36,355 bases of DNA from a virus (taxonomy: Duplodnaviria; Caudoviricetes). Below are positions 1-9,683 of the stretch, piece after piece. A program made the position numbers and the translations under genes. Numbering within the stretch: position 1 is the stretch's first letter; every line of letters starts with the position of its first letter. Location: positions 1-36,355 of IMG/VR virus record IMGVR_UViG_3300017951_000046. One strand, written 5' to 3'. The notes under the pieces are model-generated. The model saw nothing but the letters and a program-made list of their open reading frames with translations. It did not search any database and was not told the DNA's origin.

Positions 1-1326
1 GACCCAAATAATCCACCACCTCCATTAAATTCGTTCGTATATGGAATGTTTCTTGATGGAAGAAGCGCACAACATCCATTAGTGTTAGGATTAATTCCTT
101 CTCAATATGCTTCTGAACATGACCCGGCAAAAGATGGCTGGGGTGTTGTAGTACCAAAAGATGCTGAAACATTAGCGAAAGGTATGGACCCAAGAAGTTA
201 TGGTTTACCACAACAATCAAAATTGGCAACTGGTGAAAATCTTGGAGAAACATTTATTTTAGAACAAGATTTAAATAGAGTACACAGCCAAAGAGTTGCA
301 AATTCAGATGATACTTGGGCAGAACCTCCATCAGCATATTCTGCAAAATATCCATATAATAGAGTTATCGAAACAGGTCAACACAGTATAGAATTAGATG
401 ACACACCTGGTGGTGAGCGAATCATGATTCACCACAAATCTGGAGCATATGTTCAGATAGATGCCAAAGGAACTGTCACAGAAAGGGCGGAGGCTGATAG
501 GTACGAAGTTAATATTGGTACTAAACACGAATCCTCTGGTCATTCAGTAGTGACGATTAATGGTAATGCTCATGTATATGTAAAAGGTAATAAAACAGAA
601 GAGATTGAAGGCGATTATAATCTTTTAGTTCACGGTAATTCTCATTTTGGTACTGGTGGTCAATTTAATATTAATGGTGGTGAACAACTTCAGATGAGAG
701 CTGGAGATGTTAAAATTGATGCAAATGTTGGTATAATGAATTTATTTGGTAAGGAATCTATTGTTATAGATGGTGGTCAACAATTTATTGCAAAAGCAAA
801 TAATATGAATTTAACCTCAATACTTGATATGGAATTATATTCAACACTTGCTATGAAAGTGACATCAGTACTTGATTTTACAGTTTCCAGTAATGATGTA
901 AACTTTAATACAGGAACGGGTGGCTTTAATATTTGGGGTGTTGGTCCTACAACTATTGATTCGCCTTTTGTTAAGGCAATTGGTACACTTCAGGCAAAAG
1001 CAGTTAAAGGTATTAGAGGAGACTTTACAACATTAGGAGCTCCATTGCCAACAGGTTCTGTATCATATAATACGTTATATTTGGCTCCATTGGATGTTCC
1101 AACAGATTTATTATTTACTTTACCAGAATTAAACTTTGCATTACCCGCCGTATTCGCAGGCTCACAAGCTGAAATGCCAGAACCTCCTTCAAAATCTACT
1201 TCGATTTTCCCAGGTGGTTATTTTGCAAAAGGCTTTGTATCTGGTTATGTAAATACTCCACTATCAGATAGTGCAAAAAGTGTTGTTTCATCTTTGGCTA
1301 AAAAGATTGGAGGAATTTTTGACTAA
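1..1326 (+). CDS. gp5: T4 gp5-like baseplate hub / cell-puncturing spike, 5'-truncated, no lysozyme domain visible
   Basis: Frame +1 is open from base 1 (DPNNPPPPLNSFVYGMFLDGRSAQHPLVLG), which matches the end of the gp5 OB-fold (VxGxFLDG..AQ.P.VLG), so ATG 46 is probably internal. YPYNRVIET..HSIELDDTPGGERI...HKSG is the gp5 signature, followed by VxGN-type beta-helix repeats. Confidence 0.92.
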   Translation, partial: DPNNPPPPLNSFVYGMFLDGRSAQHPLVLGLIPSQYASEHDPAKDGWGVVVPKDAETLAKGMDPRSYGLPQQSKLATGENLGETFILEQDLNRVHSQRVANSDDTWAEPPSAYSAKYPYNRVIETGQHSIELDDTPGGERIMIHHKSGAYVQIDAKGTVTERAEADRYEVNIGTKHESSGHSVVTINGNAHVYVKGNKTEEIEGDYNLLVHGNSHFGTGGQFNINGGEQLQMRAGDVKIDANVGIMNLFGKESIVIDGGQQFIAKANNMNLTSILDMELYSTLAMKVTSVLDFTVSSNDVNFNTGTGGFNIWGVGPTTIDSPFVKAIGTLQAKAVKGIRGDFTTLGAPLPTGSVSYNTLYLAPLDVPTDLLFTLPELNFALPAVFAGSQAEMPEPPSKSTSIFPGGYFAKGFVSGYVNTPLSDSAKSVVSSLAKKIGGIFD

Positions 1327-2867
1327 TGGCTAGTAATTGTGTAGATAAAACAGACCAAACTACAGTAAATAAATTAGCGTTAAATAATGGCGTTATGACA
1401 GATGACGTTGGTCGTTATACATTAAATCAAATAGATGTTTTTGCTCAAGAACTTATTGATAATATTGCTAGTGAAGCTGAAACAAATCCTGTCGCGATTA
1501 TGTTTAACAAATATGGTCAGGAATTGTATGATGCAAATGCCTATGTCAATGCATTACGAGATACATTAGATACAACAGATTATCCTGATTTGGATCGAAG
1601 ATGGTCAACTGGTGCAATTTCAGATATAGAATTTGCAGACTTTATTAACTCATACAATTATACTCCAAGTGGTGTGATAAATGGACAAAATGTTGTATTG
1701 GCAAGAAATCTAGATGCTTATTATAAAGATACATTTAGTGAAAGCGTATTGGGTGGTTTCTGCAGAAGAATGCCACAAATTTTTGGTCAAATCGACGCAT
1801 TTTTTGAATTGCTTGATGAAATAGGTGGGGTGATTAAAGACGCATTAGAGTTCATGAATAAAATTAGGTCGTATGAAGGCTTTGCAAAAACAGGAGAGCA
1901 AGCAATTATACGAAAATTATTAAAAGAACTTAAAAAGAAACTGATTGAAGCAATTGATAAAATTTTCCAAAAAGTTGAAGACGCTATCGCACAGTTTGAT
2001 ATTTCTGGAATAATTGGAGACGCACAAACTTTCTATAGAAAAGGAGTATCAAAACCAATTATGACGGCAAAGGAGGAAATGTGTGCTTTCTTTACAAAGG
2101 AAAATAAAAAGAAATTAAAAGATAAATTTAAAGCATTAATTGATTATGCAATAAGTTTATTTGAAAGTCCAAATTTAGAAGCTGTTCAATTCTTTATTGC
2201 AAGATTCTGTGCCTTTATTACAAACATCGAAGGTTTACTTAATGACATTAAAAATCCATTAGATGATTATACAGTAAGGTTCCAATCAATTGCAAACCGA
2301 CTTAACGCAATATCAAATGTAAATACATCAACAGCAATCCGTGCAGGTGCAATTCGTTTTTCCCCATCAGCCCGAAAAGAAGCAATAAATAGATTAGAGG
2401 CAAGAGCTATTGATGAGGGTATGAAAGATTATTCTCCAACAGGTCAAATAGAAACTGTGCCGGAACCTACAGCAGAGGAATATGGTAATCTACCTAAATG
2501 TGGTGCTGTATTCTCAGGAAGTGATTCTACATTTAAAGTAGAAGGTGATTCATTTGATGAGAAAGAAGGTGTAGGTATATACGGGTACATAAGAATAGAT
2601 TTAGATGTAAAAGTTTACTTGCACAGAGTACAAAAAGATATAGGTGGTACTTTAACAATCACTGAAGGTTGGATAAGTAAGAAATATAACGAAGCTCAAG
2701 AAGGTGATGAAAATAATGCTCACTTGAGTGGTTTAGTTGTTGACATTAAAAAGGATATGGCTGACCCTGCTGCATTTATGGAATCCGCATTAAAAAATGG
2801 ATTTAAATATGCAACAGAAGCTGATGATTTCATTCACCTAGACATACGAGAGATACCAGGACAATGA
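1326..2867 (+). CDS. Baseplate-associated protein with a helical core and a C-terminal peptidase M15A-like (Zn DD-peptidase fold) domain
   Basis: C-terminal ITEGWISKKYN...NNAHLSGLVVDI...FIHLDIR resembles the M15 pattern SGYRS..N...S.H..G.A.D...F.H.D.R (H-x6-D plus distal H). The start overlaps the gp5 stop (TAATG). Confidence 0.72.
   Translation: MASNCVDKTDQTTVNKLALNNGVMTDDVGRYTLNQIDVFAQELIDNIASEAETNPVAIMFNKYGQELYDANAYVNALRDTLDTTDYPDLDRRWSTGAISDIEFADFINSYNYTPSGVINGQNVVLARNLDAYYKDTFSESVLGGFCRRMPQIFGQIDAFFELLDEIGGVIKDALEFMNKIRSYEGFAKTGEQAIIRKLLKELKKKLIEAIDKIFQKVEDAIAQFDISGIIGDAQTFYRKGVSKPIMTAKEEMCAFFTKENKKKLKDKFKALIDYAISLFESPNLEAVQFFIARFCAFITNIEGLLNDIKNPLDDYTVRFQSIANRLNAISNVNTSTAIRAGAIRFSPSARKEAINRLEARAIDEGMKDYSPTGQIETVPEPTAEEYGNLPKCGAVFSGSDSTFKVEGDSFDEKEGVGIYGYIRIDLDVKVYLHRVQKDIGGTLTITEGWISKKYNEAQEGDENNAHLSGLVVDIKKDMADPAAFMESALKNGFKYATEADDFIHLDIREIPGQ
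2385..2391 (+). promoter_or_regulatory. Putative T4-like late promoter ATAAATA inside the M15-domain gene
   Basis: Same motif as the six copies upstream of other genes, but about 470 nt from the next annotated start (gp25). Confidence 0.4.
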
Positions 2868-3277
2868 CAATAAATGTTTTTACACCACGAACCAAAAAGG
2901 TAAATCTTTATTCTGATTTTTATAAGGATTTAAGAACTAGTCCTATCTCAAAGGACCTTGCCTTATTAAAGGACGAAGACGCTGTTAAAAGAGCAATTCG
3001 TAATTTAATTTTAACAGACCCAGGTGAAAGATTAATGCAACCAAACCTTGGTGCTGGTATCCGTGAAATGTTATTTGAAAACATGACACCTGGTACTTTA
3101 AAACTTATCGAAGAACGTGTTGTAGACACAATAGAGATTTACGAACCTAGAGCAGAGTTAATTGATGTAGCTGTAGAACAAATTGATGAACAACAGGTCA
3201 ATGTGACCGTATTATTTTATGTGACAAACGAAGAGCAACCAATTCAGCTAGATGTTATTTTAGAAAGGAATAGATAG
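2864..3277 (+). CDS. gp25: Baseplate wedge subunit gp25
   Basis: YSDF...DEDAVKRAIRNLILTDPGERLMQPNLGAGI..LFE...YEPRA is the gpW/gp25 signature. ATGA overlap with the upstream stop. Confidence 0.95.
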   Translation: MTINVFTPRTKKVNLYSDFYKDLRTSPISKDLALLKDEDAVKRAIRNLILTDPGERLMQPNLGAGIREMLFENMTPGTLKLIEERVVDTIEIYEPRAELIDVAVEQIDEQQVNVTVLFYVTNEEQPIQLDVILERNR

Positions 3278-3279
3278 AG

Positions 3280-5145
3280 ATGGCCAATCCAAAAACTCCA
3301 ATAACCGAACTGGATTTTGATTCAATCAAATCCCAGCTTAAAGTATATTTACAAACACAAACACAATTTAAAGACTATAACTTTGAAGGAAGTAATATGT
3401 CTGCATTGCTGGATGTGCTTGCTTTTAATAGTTATCAAAACAATTTTTATACCAATATGGCACTTAACGAAATGTTTCTTGACTCGGCCGTCCTTAAGAA
3501 CAGCGTAGTTTCTCATGCCAAAGAATTAAATTATATTCCTCGCTCTCGTAAATCAGCAACAGCAACAGTTCGAGTCACAATTACTGACCCAACATTGCAA
3601 GATTCAACTGTGACAATTCCACAGTATAGTAGTTTCTCTGCTACATACCAAGGTGAAACATATAATTTTATTACGAATGAAGTTTATGTAGCAAGACGTG
3701 TTGAACCTGGAAAATATGTGGCCGAAAATGTAGTTATTTTTGAAGGTCAAATGTTAACAAGTTTCCAAAGAGAAGGCTTTATTGTAGACGCTGACGGAGT
3801 GCTCAGAGTTCAGTTAACAAATGATGAAGTTGACACCGACTCTATTGTTGTATTCGTTGACGCAGAGGCTACTGAGGACCAGAATGTGTTTAATAGGGCT
3901 ACAACAATCTTTGGAGTCGAGCCACAGGATAAAGTATTTTATTTAGAACCATATCTTGATAACAGATATGCAATTTATTTTGGTGGTAATAAATTTGGAT
4001 TACAACCAGAAGAGTTCGAAGATGTGCGTGTAAGGTATCGTATTTGTTCTGGTGATGAACCAAATGGAGCAGCAAGTTTTACAACAGCATTTTTAGATGG
4101 TGCGACAATTAATGTGGAGACAATTGTTGCTGCAAATGGTGGTGCTGAACGTGAATCATTAGAAAGTATTAGATATTTTGCTCCTAAAGCATTACAAATT
4201 CAAGAACGTGCTGTGACCACATCTGACTATGAAGTATTATTAAAACAAAGATTCCCAGAACTTACAGCTGTATCGGCATACGGCGGTGAAGAACTTGACC
4301 CACCTCAATATGGAAAGGTAGCAATTTCTGCATATCTTGCTGATGACGCGCTTTTAATTTCCAACACATTGGCTCAAGCATATATTTCTTATTTGTCAGA
4401 AAAGAGTCCATTAGGTATTGAACCTATTTTTGTACAGACAAAATTCTTATATGCTGATATCACAGTTGACGCAACATATACTACAAAGAATACTCAAAAA
4501 TCCGCTCAAGAACTTGAATCACTTATTAGAGCTCAAATCCAAACACATTCAGATTCTAATTTGGAAGACTTTGATAAAACATTACGATTATCAAAATTGA
4601 ATGCTGAAATCGATGCATTAGATGATGGTATTCAAAGTAATAGTATTGCTGTATTACCAATTATTGAATATGCTCCAGCATTAAATATTGAAACAAATCC
4701 AACATTTAAATTCTCTGCAGAATTAGTCAAACCATATCCATATAAGAGTACAAACGGATTTAAAGACTTTAAACCTTCTATTAAGAGTAGTGTATTTGAT
4801 GATATAAATGGTACTTGTGTATTTTTACAAGACGATGGTACTGGCACAATGATGACAGTGACTGATGATGACACAAACCAACAAATTATTAACCCAGCAG
4901 CTGGTACAGTTGATTATGCAACAGGTGAGGTAAGACTTACAAAATTTGTTGTTTCTGCATATACTGGCGCAGGGATTAAAATATGTGCAAATACTAAGAG
5001 AAGTGATATTACGGCTCCAAAAGGTAGAGTATTCATAATCAGAGATGCTGACGTAAAAGTAAATATGACAGCAGAAAGTATAGGTGCAACATCAAGTCAA
5101 ATTTCTTCCACCACAACATCGGGCAGTGGTGGTAGTACATACTAA
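3280..5145 (+). CDS. gp6: Baseplate wedge subunit gp6
   Basis: LDFDSIKSQL...FKDYNFEGSNMSALLDVLA...NEMFLDSA...SVVSHAKELNYIPRS and QERAVTTSDY...AYGGEE..PPQYGKV motifs. Size 621 aa, located after gp25. Confidence 0.96.
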   Translation: MANPKTPITELDFDSIKSQLKVYLQTQTQFKDYNFEGSNMSALLDVLAFNSYQNNFYTNMALNEMFLDSAVLKNSVVSHAKELNYIPRSRKSATATVRVTITDPTLQDSTVTIPQYSSFSATYQGETYNFITNEVYVARRVEPGKYVAENVVIFEGQMLTSFQREGFIVDADGVLRVQLTNDEVDTDSIVVFVDAEATEDQNVFNRATTIFGVEPQDKVFYLEPYLDNRYAIYFGGNKFGLQPEEFEDVRVRYRICSGDEPNGAASFTTAFLDGATINVETIVAANGGAERESLESIRYFAPKALQIQERAVTTSDYEVLLKQRFPELTAVSAYGGEELDPPQYGKVAISAYLADDALLISNTLAQAYISYLSEKSPLGIEPIFVQTKFLYADITVDATYTTKNTQKSAQELESLIRAQIQTHSDSNLEDFDKTLRLSKLNAEIDALDDGIQSNSIAVLPIIEYAPALNIETNPTFKFSAELVKPYPYKSTNGFKDFKPSIKSSVFDDINGTCVFLQDDGTGTMMTVTDDDTNQQIINPAAGTVDYATGEVRLTKFVVSAYTGAGIKICANTKRSDITAPKGRVFIIRDADVKVNMTAESIGATSSQISSTTTSGSGGSTY

Positions 5146-5158
5146 TTAGGAAGTAGCT

Positions 5159-8100
5159 ATGGCAACTCAAGGCGAAATTGATAAGAATATAGCCTTTTTT
5201 ATTAAACACCAATTTCCTGGCATATACAGGGAAGATGGGCCTGAGCTAGTCCAATTAGTAGAAGATTACTACAAATTCGCAGAAACACAAACCAACCAAC
5301 ACGTTTACCTATCAAGAAGATATTTTGATATAAAGGATATTGATTCCACATTATCAAACATGATTATCTTCTTCAAGAAAAAGTTCCTTGCAGATTTACC
5401 TCTTAAAGAAGATGTTATTAAGTTTATTGTTAAAAATATTCTTGACCTTTATCGCAGAAAAGGAACAGCAGCAGGTATTGAATTATTTTTTGCAATTTTC
5501 TTTGAAGAGTTTGATGTCGAACTTGTTTATCCAGCAAAAAGAATGCTCAAGGCTTCCAACAGTAGTTGGAACCAAGGAATATATCTTCAATTATTTCCAA
5601 ACAATGGATTATTTCTTTCAAAAACTGAGAAACAATATAGCTATAAAGATCTAGTTTCGCTGAACATTACAGGTTCTGCATCTGGAGCAATGGCAGCTGT
5701 TTCAAAAATTAACCTTGTTGTATTAAATGGTATCGAAACTCCAATTATTTACATTGATGAAGTTCGAGGAACATTCTTACGATATGATAATATTCTTACA
5801 AACATTGCAGGCGAAGTTGTTTCATTTGGTCAAGTAAATGGTTCATTAAGTGGAATTAATGTTGATACAAAATATCCAGAAGCCACAACAGGAAATCAGA
5901 TTGGGGATATTCTTGATGTGGAATATGAATATGGTTCTGGTGGTAAGGCAATTGTCACAGAGCTTTCAAACGAAGTCACTGGTGAAGTACGATATAATGT
6001 AGAGGATGGTGGGTTTGGTTATACAATAGATAACACTAGGTTATTAGTATCAAATCAGTCAATTATTTTAGATAATCCAGATTTAAGTTTTGTTGTTGGA
6101 GAAACATTACGAGATTCTGCAAATAATACCGGTACCGTAATTGGTCAAAATACATCAAGTGTTGGCGTATACATGACCAGCGGTTCATTTGATGTAGCCA
6201 GAATTATATCCACAGTTGATAGAGATACAAATATTAATATCAGCCCTATTAATCAAATTACGCCTTTAAATAATTCGTCGCCGGGACCATTATATCCGGA
6301 TGGTGGAAATGCAAATACAAATGTTATTGTTTCAAGTTTAACTAATTCAACAGTCGTTTCAGTAATTACAGACCCGGTTGCTCCATTTGTAAATGCAAAT
6401 AATGTTCCATTCAATTCAGCTGATTATGAGGCCTTTGGTCCTATGTCAGGTTCTGCTTCACCGGTAAATTCTAACACGGCGATTGAAGATGCATTCGATA
6501 TTCAAGATTTAACGATAGGTACTATTGTTGATTTTGATAATATTAATCCAGGTTCCGATTATGTAAATGATGTATTTGCAATTGCACAAGATGATGTATT
6601 TAAAAACTTTGAAAGAAAAAATCAAATTTTAAGATTCAGTGAACCAGGTATCGCAGGAAACTTTACAGTTGGTGAAGTTATTAGAGATGCAGATAATCTC
6701 TCTTTAAGTGGTTTGGTAATGTCAACCGATACTGAATTTGGTTCCATTACGGTTCGCCCTTACAGTTATTATGGATTTACTGAAACAGAAACAATTCGAA
6801 GACCAAATGATGACGATTACACAGTCACTGGTATTACAATAGATTATAGCGACCCTAAATCATACGGTGATAATGCAATTATTAATACTGATACAGAATT
6901 TGCTGTTGGTAAAATTTTGGCTGTGGGTATTGAAAATTCAGGTTTAGGTTATGTCGATACAACAAATAGAGTAATTGATTTCAATAATACCGATACATTT
7001 GCAACTTTAAATAACGCAAATGGAATTCCACAGGCTGCTGGTACAGTTATAGCAAATACACAAGGAAAAACAGAGGGTTTCTGGGCTGATTATTCTGGAC
7101 ATATTAATGGATATATCGCATCAGCAAATGGTTCTGTAAATTATTATGAATCAGGTCAACGAATTCAGGATAGTGACTTTTACCAAGAATATTCATATCA
7201 AATTAAATCAACACTCGGTAAAGAACAATACGAAAAATTATTAAAAGAAAATGTACACTTAGCTGGTACAAAAATGTTTGGTGATTTTATCTATAAATCT
7301 AAAGTAGATGATACGACCAAGGCAAGATTCCTAAGATTATTTAATGACGATGGAAGTGGCTCACCTCTTGATATTGCAAATATTGCAGACTTGAGAGCTT
7401 CGGTCACAAATTATACAGCTGATAGTACATTTGTTTCTGCAGACCATGAACCAGGTGGAACTGGTGGATTAACATTAAATATTAATTCAGGTCCAGATTT
7501 AACTGTGCAGAAAAATTGGAGTCAAGGTTTCTATGATTACACAGTGACGGTAGGTATGCCATCTACTGGAACTGGCCCATATCCAGTAGCAATATTATTA
7601 CACGGTTCTGGTGGTAATGGAACAGCAACAGTTGCTGATTGGGCAGCTGATTTACCGGGTCATATTCTTCTTGGTATTGATGGATATGATAATTCATGGA
7701 ACATTTCAAATGAATCAAGTAATGGTCCAGATATTGAAATGCTTGAAGATTTAATTGATAAACTCAAGCTTTATAATAATGTTGACGAAACCAAAATACG
7801 AATTTTAGGTATAAGCAATGGTGGTGCTCTCGCATTGAGAGCTGCTGTAGAAATTGATGATACAGCTGTTGATGCAATTGCTTGTATAATCTCACAGACA
7901 AATGATGACCAATATAGATCTGGAGATTTCTTCTATCCATCTGACCACGAACAAACAGGTGATGCTTATGCGAACGATGGATATGATACGGCACAATTAA
8001 ATATGCCACAAAGAAAGATTTTACAATTAAACGGAAGGAACGATAATACCGTTCCATATAATGGTGGTGCATTTGTTGGAATGAACTTCTTATCTGCAGT

Positions 8101-8302
8101 GGATTCTGCATTCAGATTTGCTGAATCGCAAGGATATGCTGGAACACAGGCGTTAACTGGAACAGCCTATGGTTCTGCTAGTTTCTTAGCAGATTATGGA
8201 GATGTAATTTTCTTAAATGATAATGTAGGACATGCTGTGTCCACAGACATGAGAAGATTAATCCAAAAGTTCTTTGAAAACAATTATGACATCACTTACT
8301 AG
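5159..8302 (+). CDS. gp7: Baseplate wedge gp7-like protein fused to a C-terminal alpha/beta-hydrolase (LpqC/PHB-depolymerase/esterase-like) domain
   Basis: N-terminal QFP....E.P....E.YY and LYRRKGT..GIELFF, plus late IQDSDFYQEYSYQIKS...HLAGTKMFG, are typical of marine T4-like gp7, and the gene lies between gp6 and gp8. The last ~280 aa contain LLHGSGG, GISNGG, NGRNDNTVPYNGG and VGH. Confidence 0.85.
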   Translation: MATQGEIDKNIAFFIKHQFPGIYREDGPELVQLVEDYYKFAETQTNQHVYLSRRYFDIKDIDSTLSNMIIFFKKKFLADLPLKEDVIKFIVKNILDLYRRKGTAAGIELFFAIFFEEFDVELVYPAKRMLKASNSSWNQGIYLQLFPNNGLFLSKTEKQYSYKDLVSLNITGSASGAMAAVSKINLVVLNGIETPIIYIDEVRGTFLRYDNILTNIAGEVVSFGQVNGSLSGINVDTKYPEATTGNQIGDILDVEYEYGSGGKAIVTELSNEVTGEVRYNVEDGGFGYTIDNTRLLVSNQSIILDNPDLSFVVGETLRDSANNTGTVIGQNTSSVGVYMTSGSFDVARIISTVDRDTNINISPINQITPLNNSSPGPLYPDGGNANTNVIVSSLTNSTVVSVITDPVAPFVNANNVPFNSADYEAFGPMSGSASPVNSNTAIEDAFDIQDLTIGTIVDFDNINPGSDYVNDVFAIAQDDVFKNFERKNQILRFSEPGIAGNFTVGEVIRDADNLSLSGLVMSTDTEFGSITVRPYSYYGFTETETIRRPNDDDYTVTGITIDYSDPKSYGDNAIINTDTEFAVGKILAVGIENSGLGYVDTTNRVIDFNNTDTFATLNNANGIPQAAGTVIANTQGKTEGFWADYSGHINGYIASANGSVNYYESGQRIQDSDFYQEYSYQIKSTLGKEQYEKLLKENVHLAGTKMFGDFIYKSKVDDTTKARFLRLFNDDGSGSPLDIANIADLRASVTNYTADSTFVSADHEPGGTGGLTLNINSGPDLTVQKNWSQGFYDYTVTVGMPSTGTGPYPVAILLHGSGGNGTATVADWAADLPGHILLGIDGYDNSWNISNESSNGPDIEMLEDLIDKLKLYNNVDETKIRILGISNGGALALRAAVEIDDTAVDAIACIISQTNDDQYRSGDFFYPSDHEQTGDAYANDGYDTAQLNMPQRKILQLNGRNDNTVPYNGGAFVGMNFLSAVDSAFRFAESQGYAGTQALTGTAYGSASFLADYGDVIFLNDNVGHAVSTDMRRLIQKFFENNYDITY

Positions 8303-8303
8303 A

Positions 8304-8310
8304 ATAAATA
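8304..8310 (+). promoter_or_regulatory. T4-like late promoter ATAAATA
   Basis: Intergenic, 33 nt upstream of ATG 8343, followed by a GAGGA Shine-Dalgarno sequence. Confidence 0.75.
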
Positions 8311-8342
8311 TTAAATTAAAGATTTTTAATTAAGAGGAAGCT

Positions 8343-9680
8343 ATGGCCAAGCAAACTATTAACATCGGTGCATCCGCTAATGACGGGACAGGTGACCCGC
8401 TAAGAAATGCATTCGATAAAACAAACGACAATTTCAACGAAATATATCTAGCGATAGGTAATGGTACAAACGCTACTGGATTATTTGATTCAAATAGCAA
8501 TATTGATTTGTATGGACGACCACACAAGATATCATTTTATTACAATACACTTGCAGAATTAAATGCGGTTGACCCAGGTACATATCACGGTTGTATAGGA
8601 CACGCACACGATACCGGAAAATTATATTACGCCCACGCTGGAAGTTGGATTGAACTTGCAAATCAATCAGATTTAGGTTCTGGTGGTGGCGGAGGCTCCG
8701 CAAATACATTTGGTACAATAGCTGTTTCTGGCCAAAACAGTGTTGTTGCTGATAGTGCTACTGATACTCTTAATTTTGTAGGTGGTTCAAATATTACCAT
8801 TACAACTGACCAAAATACTGACAGCGTCACATTCGCTGCAGCTGTTGGAAATGCATTTGATAAAATTGCAGTTGCTGGTCAAACCACAGTTGAAGCTGAT
8901 AATTCTAGCGATACTCTTACATTAATTGCTGGTTCAAATATTACAATATCAACGGACAATACATTAGACACAATTACAATTGATGCTTCTGGAAGCGGAG
9001 GCGGCAGTGGTACTGATTTAAATAGTGTCACCGCTGAAACAGTTGATGTCGCATCTGATAGTTTTGGTTTCATTGATAGTTCTGATGGTAATAATACTAA
9101 AAAGGCAACAATCGCTAGTCTTGCTACTGCTCTTGCTGGTAATAATATTACAGCTAGTAATGGTGTATTAAGTGCTGCTGCTGGATATGCAAATGCTGAT
9201 GTTGATTCTCATTTAAATACATCTGGTGCAGGTGCTAATGAATTCTTACAATGGAGTGGTTCTGATTACCAATGGGCTTCTGCTGGAGGTGGTGGTTCTG
9301 CTGCTACTCGTGTGACAGAGGCTGAAACAACTTCAAGTATTGCAGACGGAGCTTCTGGTGACCTTGCATTTGCAGATTTAGGAAAATCATTTGCCCTTTA
9401 TACAGTAGTTGTAGATAAAGCATCATGGATAAGAATTTATTCTGATACAGCATCAAGAACAGCTGATGCAAGTAGAACACAAGGTCAAGACCCATCAGAG
9501 GGTGCTGGTATTATTGCTGAATTTGTTGCAACAGCACCAAACACAACATTTAAAGTGACACCAGCAGTTTTCGGATATATTGATAACGGAGAAAATACAT
9601 TACCAGTTGCGGTACAAAATAACTCGGGAAGTGCCGGGACAGTACAAGTTTCATTAACAGCATTAAAATTAGAGTCCTAA
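8343..9680 (+). CDS. Baseplate/fibre protein with a T4 gp9/gp10-like N-terminus
   Basis: MAKQTINIGASANDGTGDPLRNAFDKTNDNFNEIY is the gp9/gp10 N-terminal motif. It is followed by a His-rich module, two ~48-aa repeats and Gly linkers. Confidence 0.8.
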   Translation: MAKQTINIGASANDGTGDPLRNAFDKTNDNFNEIYLAIGNGTNATGLFDSNSNIDLYGRPHKISFYYNTLAELNAVDPGTYHGCIGHAHDTGKLYYAHAGSWIELANQSDLGSGGGGGSANTFGTIAVSGQNSVVADSATDTLNFVGGSNITITTDQNTDSVTFAAAVGNAFDKIAVAGQTTVEADNSSDTLTLIAGSNITISTDNTLDTITIDASGSGGGSGTDLNSVTAETVDVASDSFGFIDSSDGNNTKKATIASLATALAGNNITASNGVLSAAAGYANADVDSHLNTSGAGANEFLQWSGSDYQWASAGGGGSAATRVTEAETTSSIADGASGDLAFADLGKSFALYTVVVDKASWIRIYSDTASRTADASRTQGQDPSEGAGIIAEFVATAPNTTFKVTPAVFGYIDNGENTLPVAVQNNSGSAGTVQVSLTALKLES

Positions 9681-9683
9681 TCT

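Noticed and set aside
46-48. ATG 46 as the gp5 start
   Set aside because: The frame is open upstream and the conserved OB-fold motif spans this Met, so the gene begins before the window.
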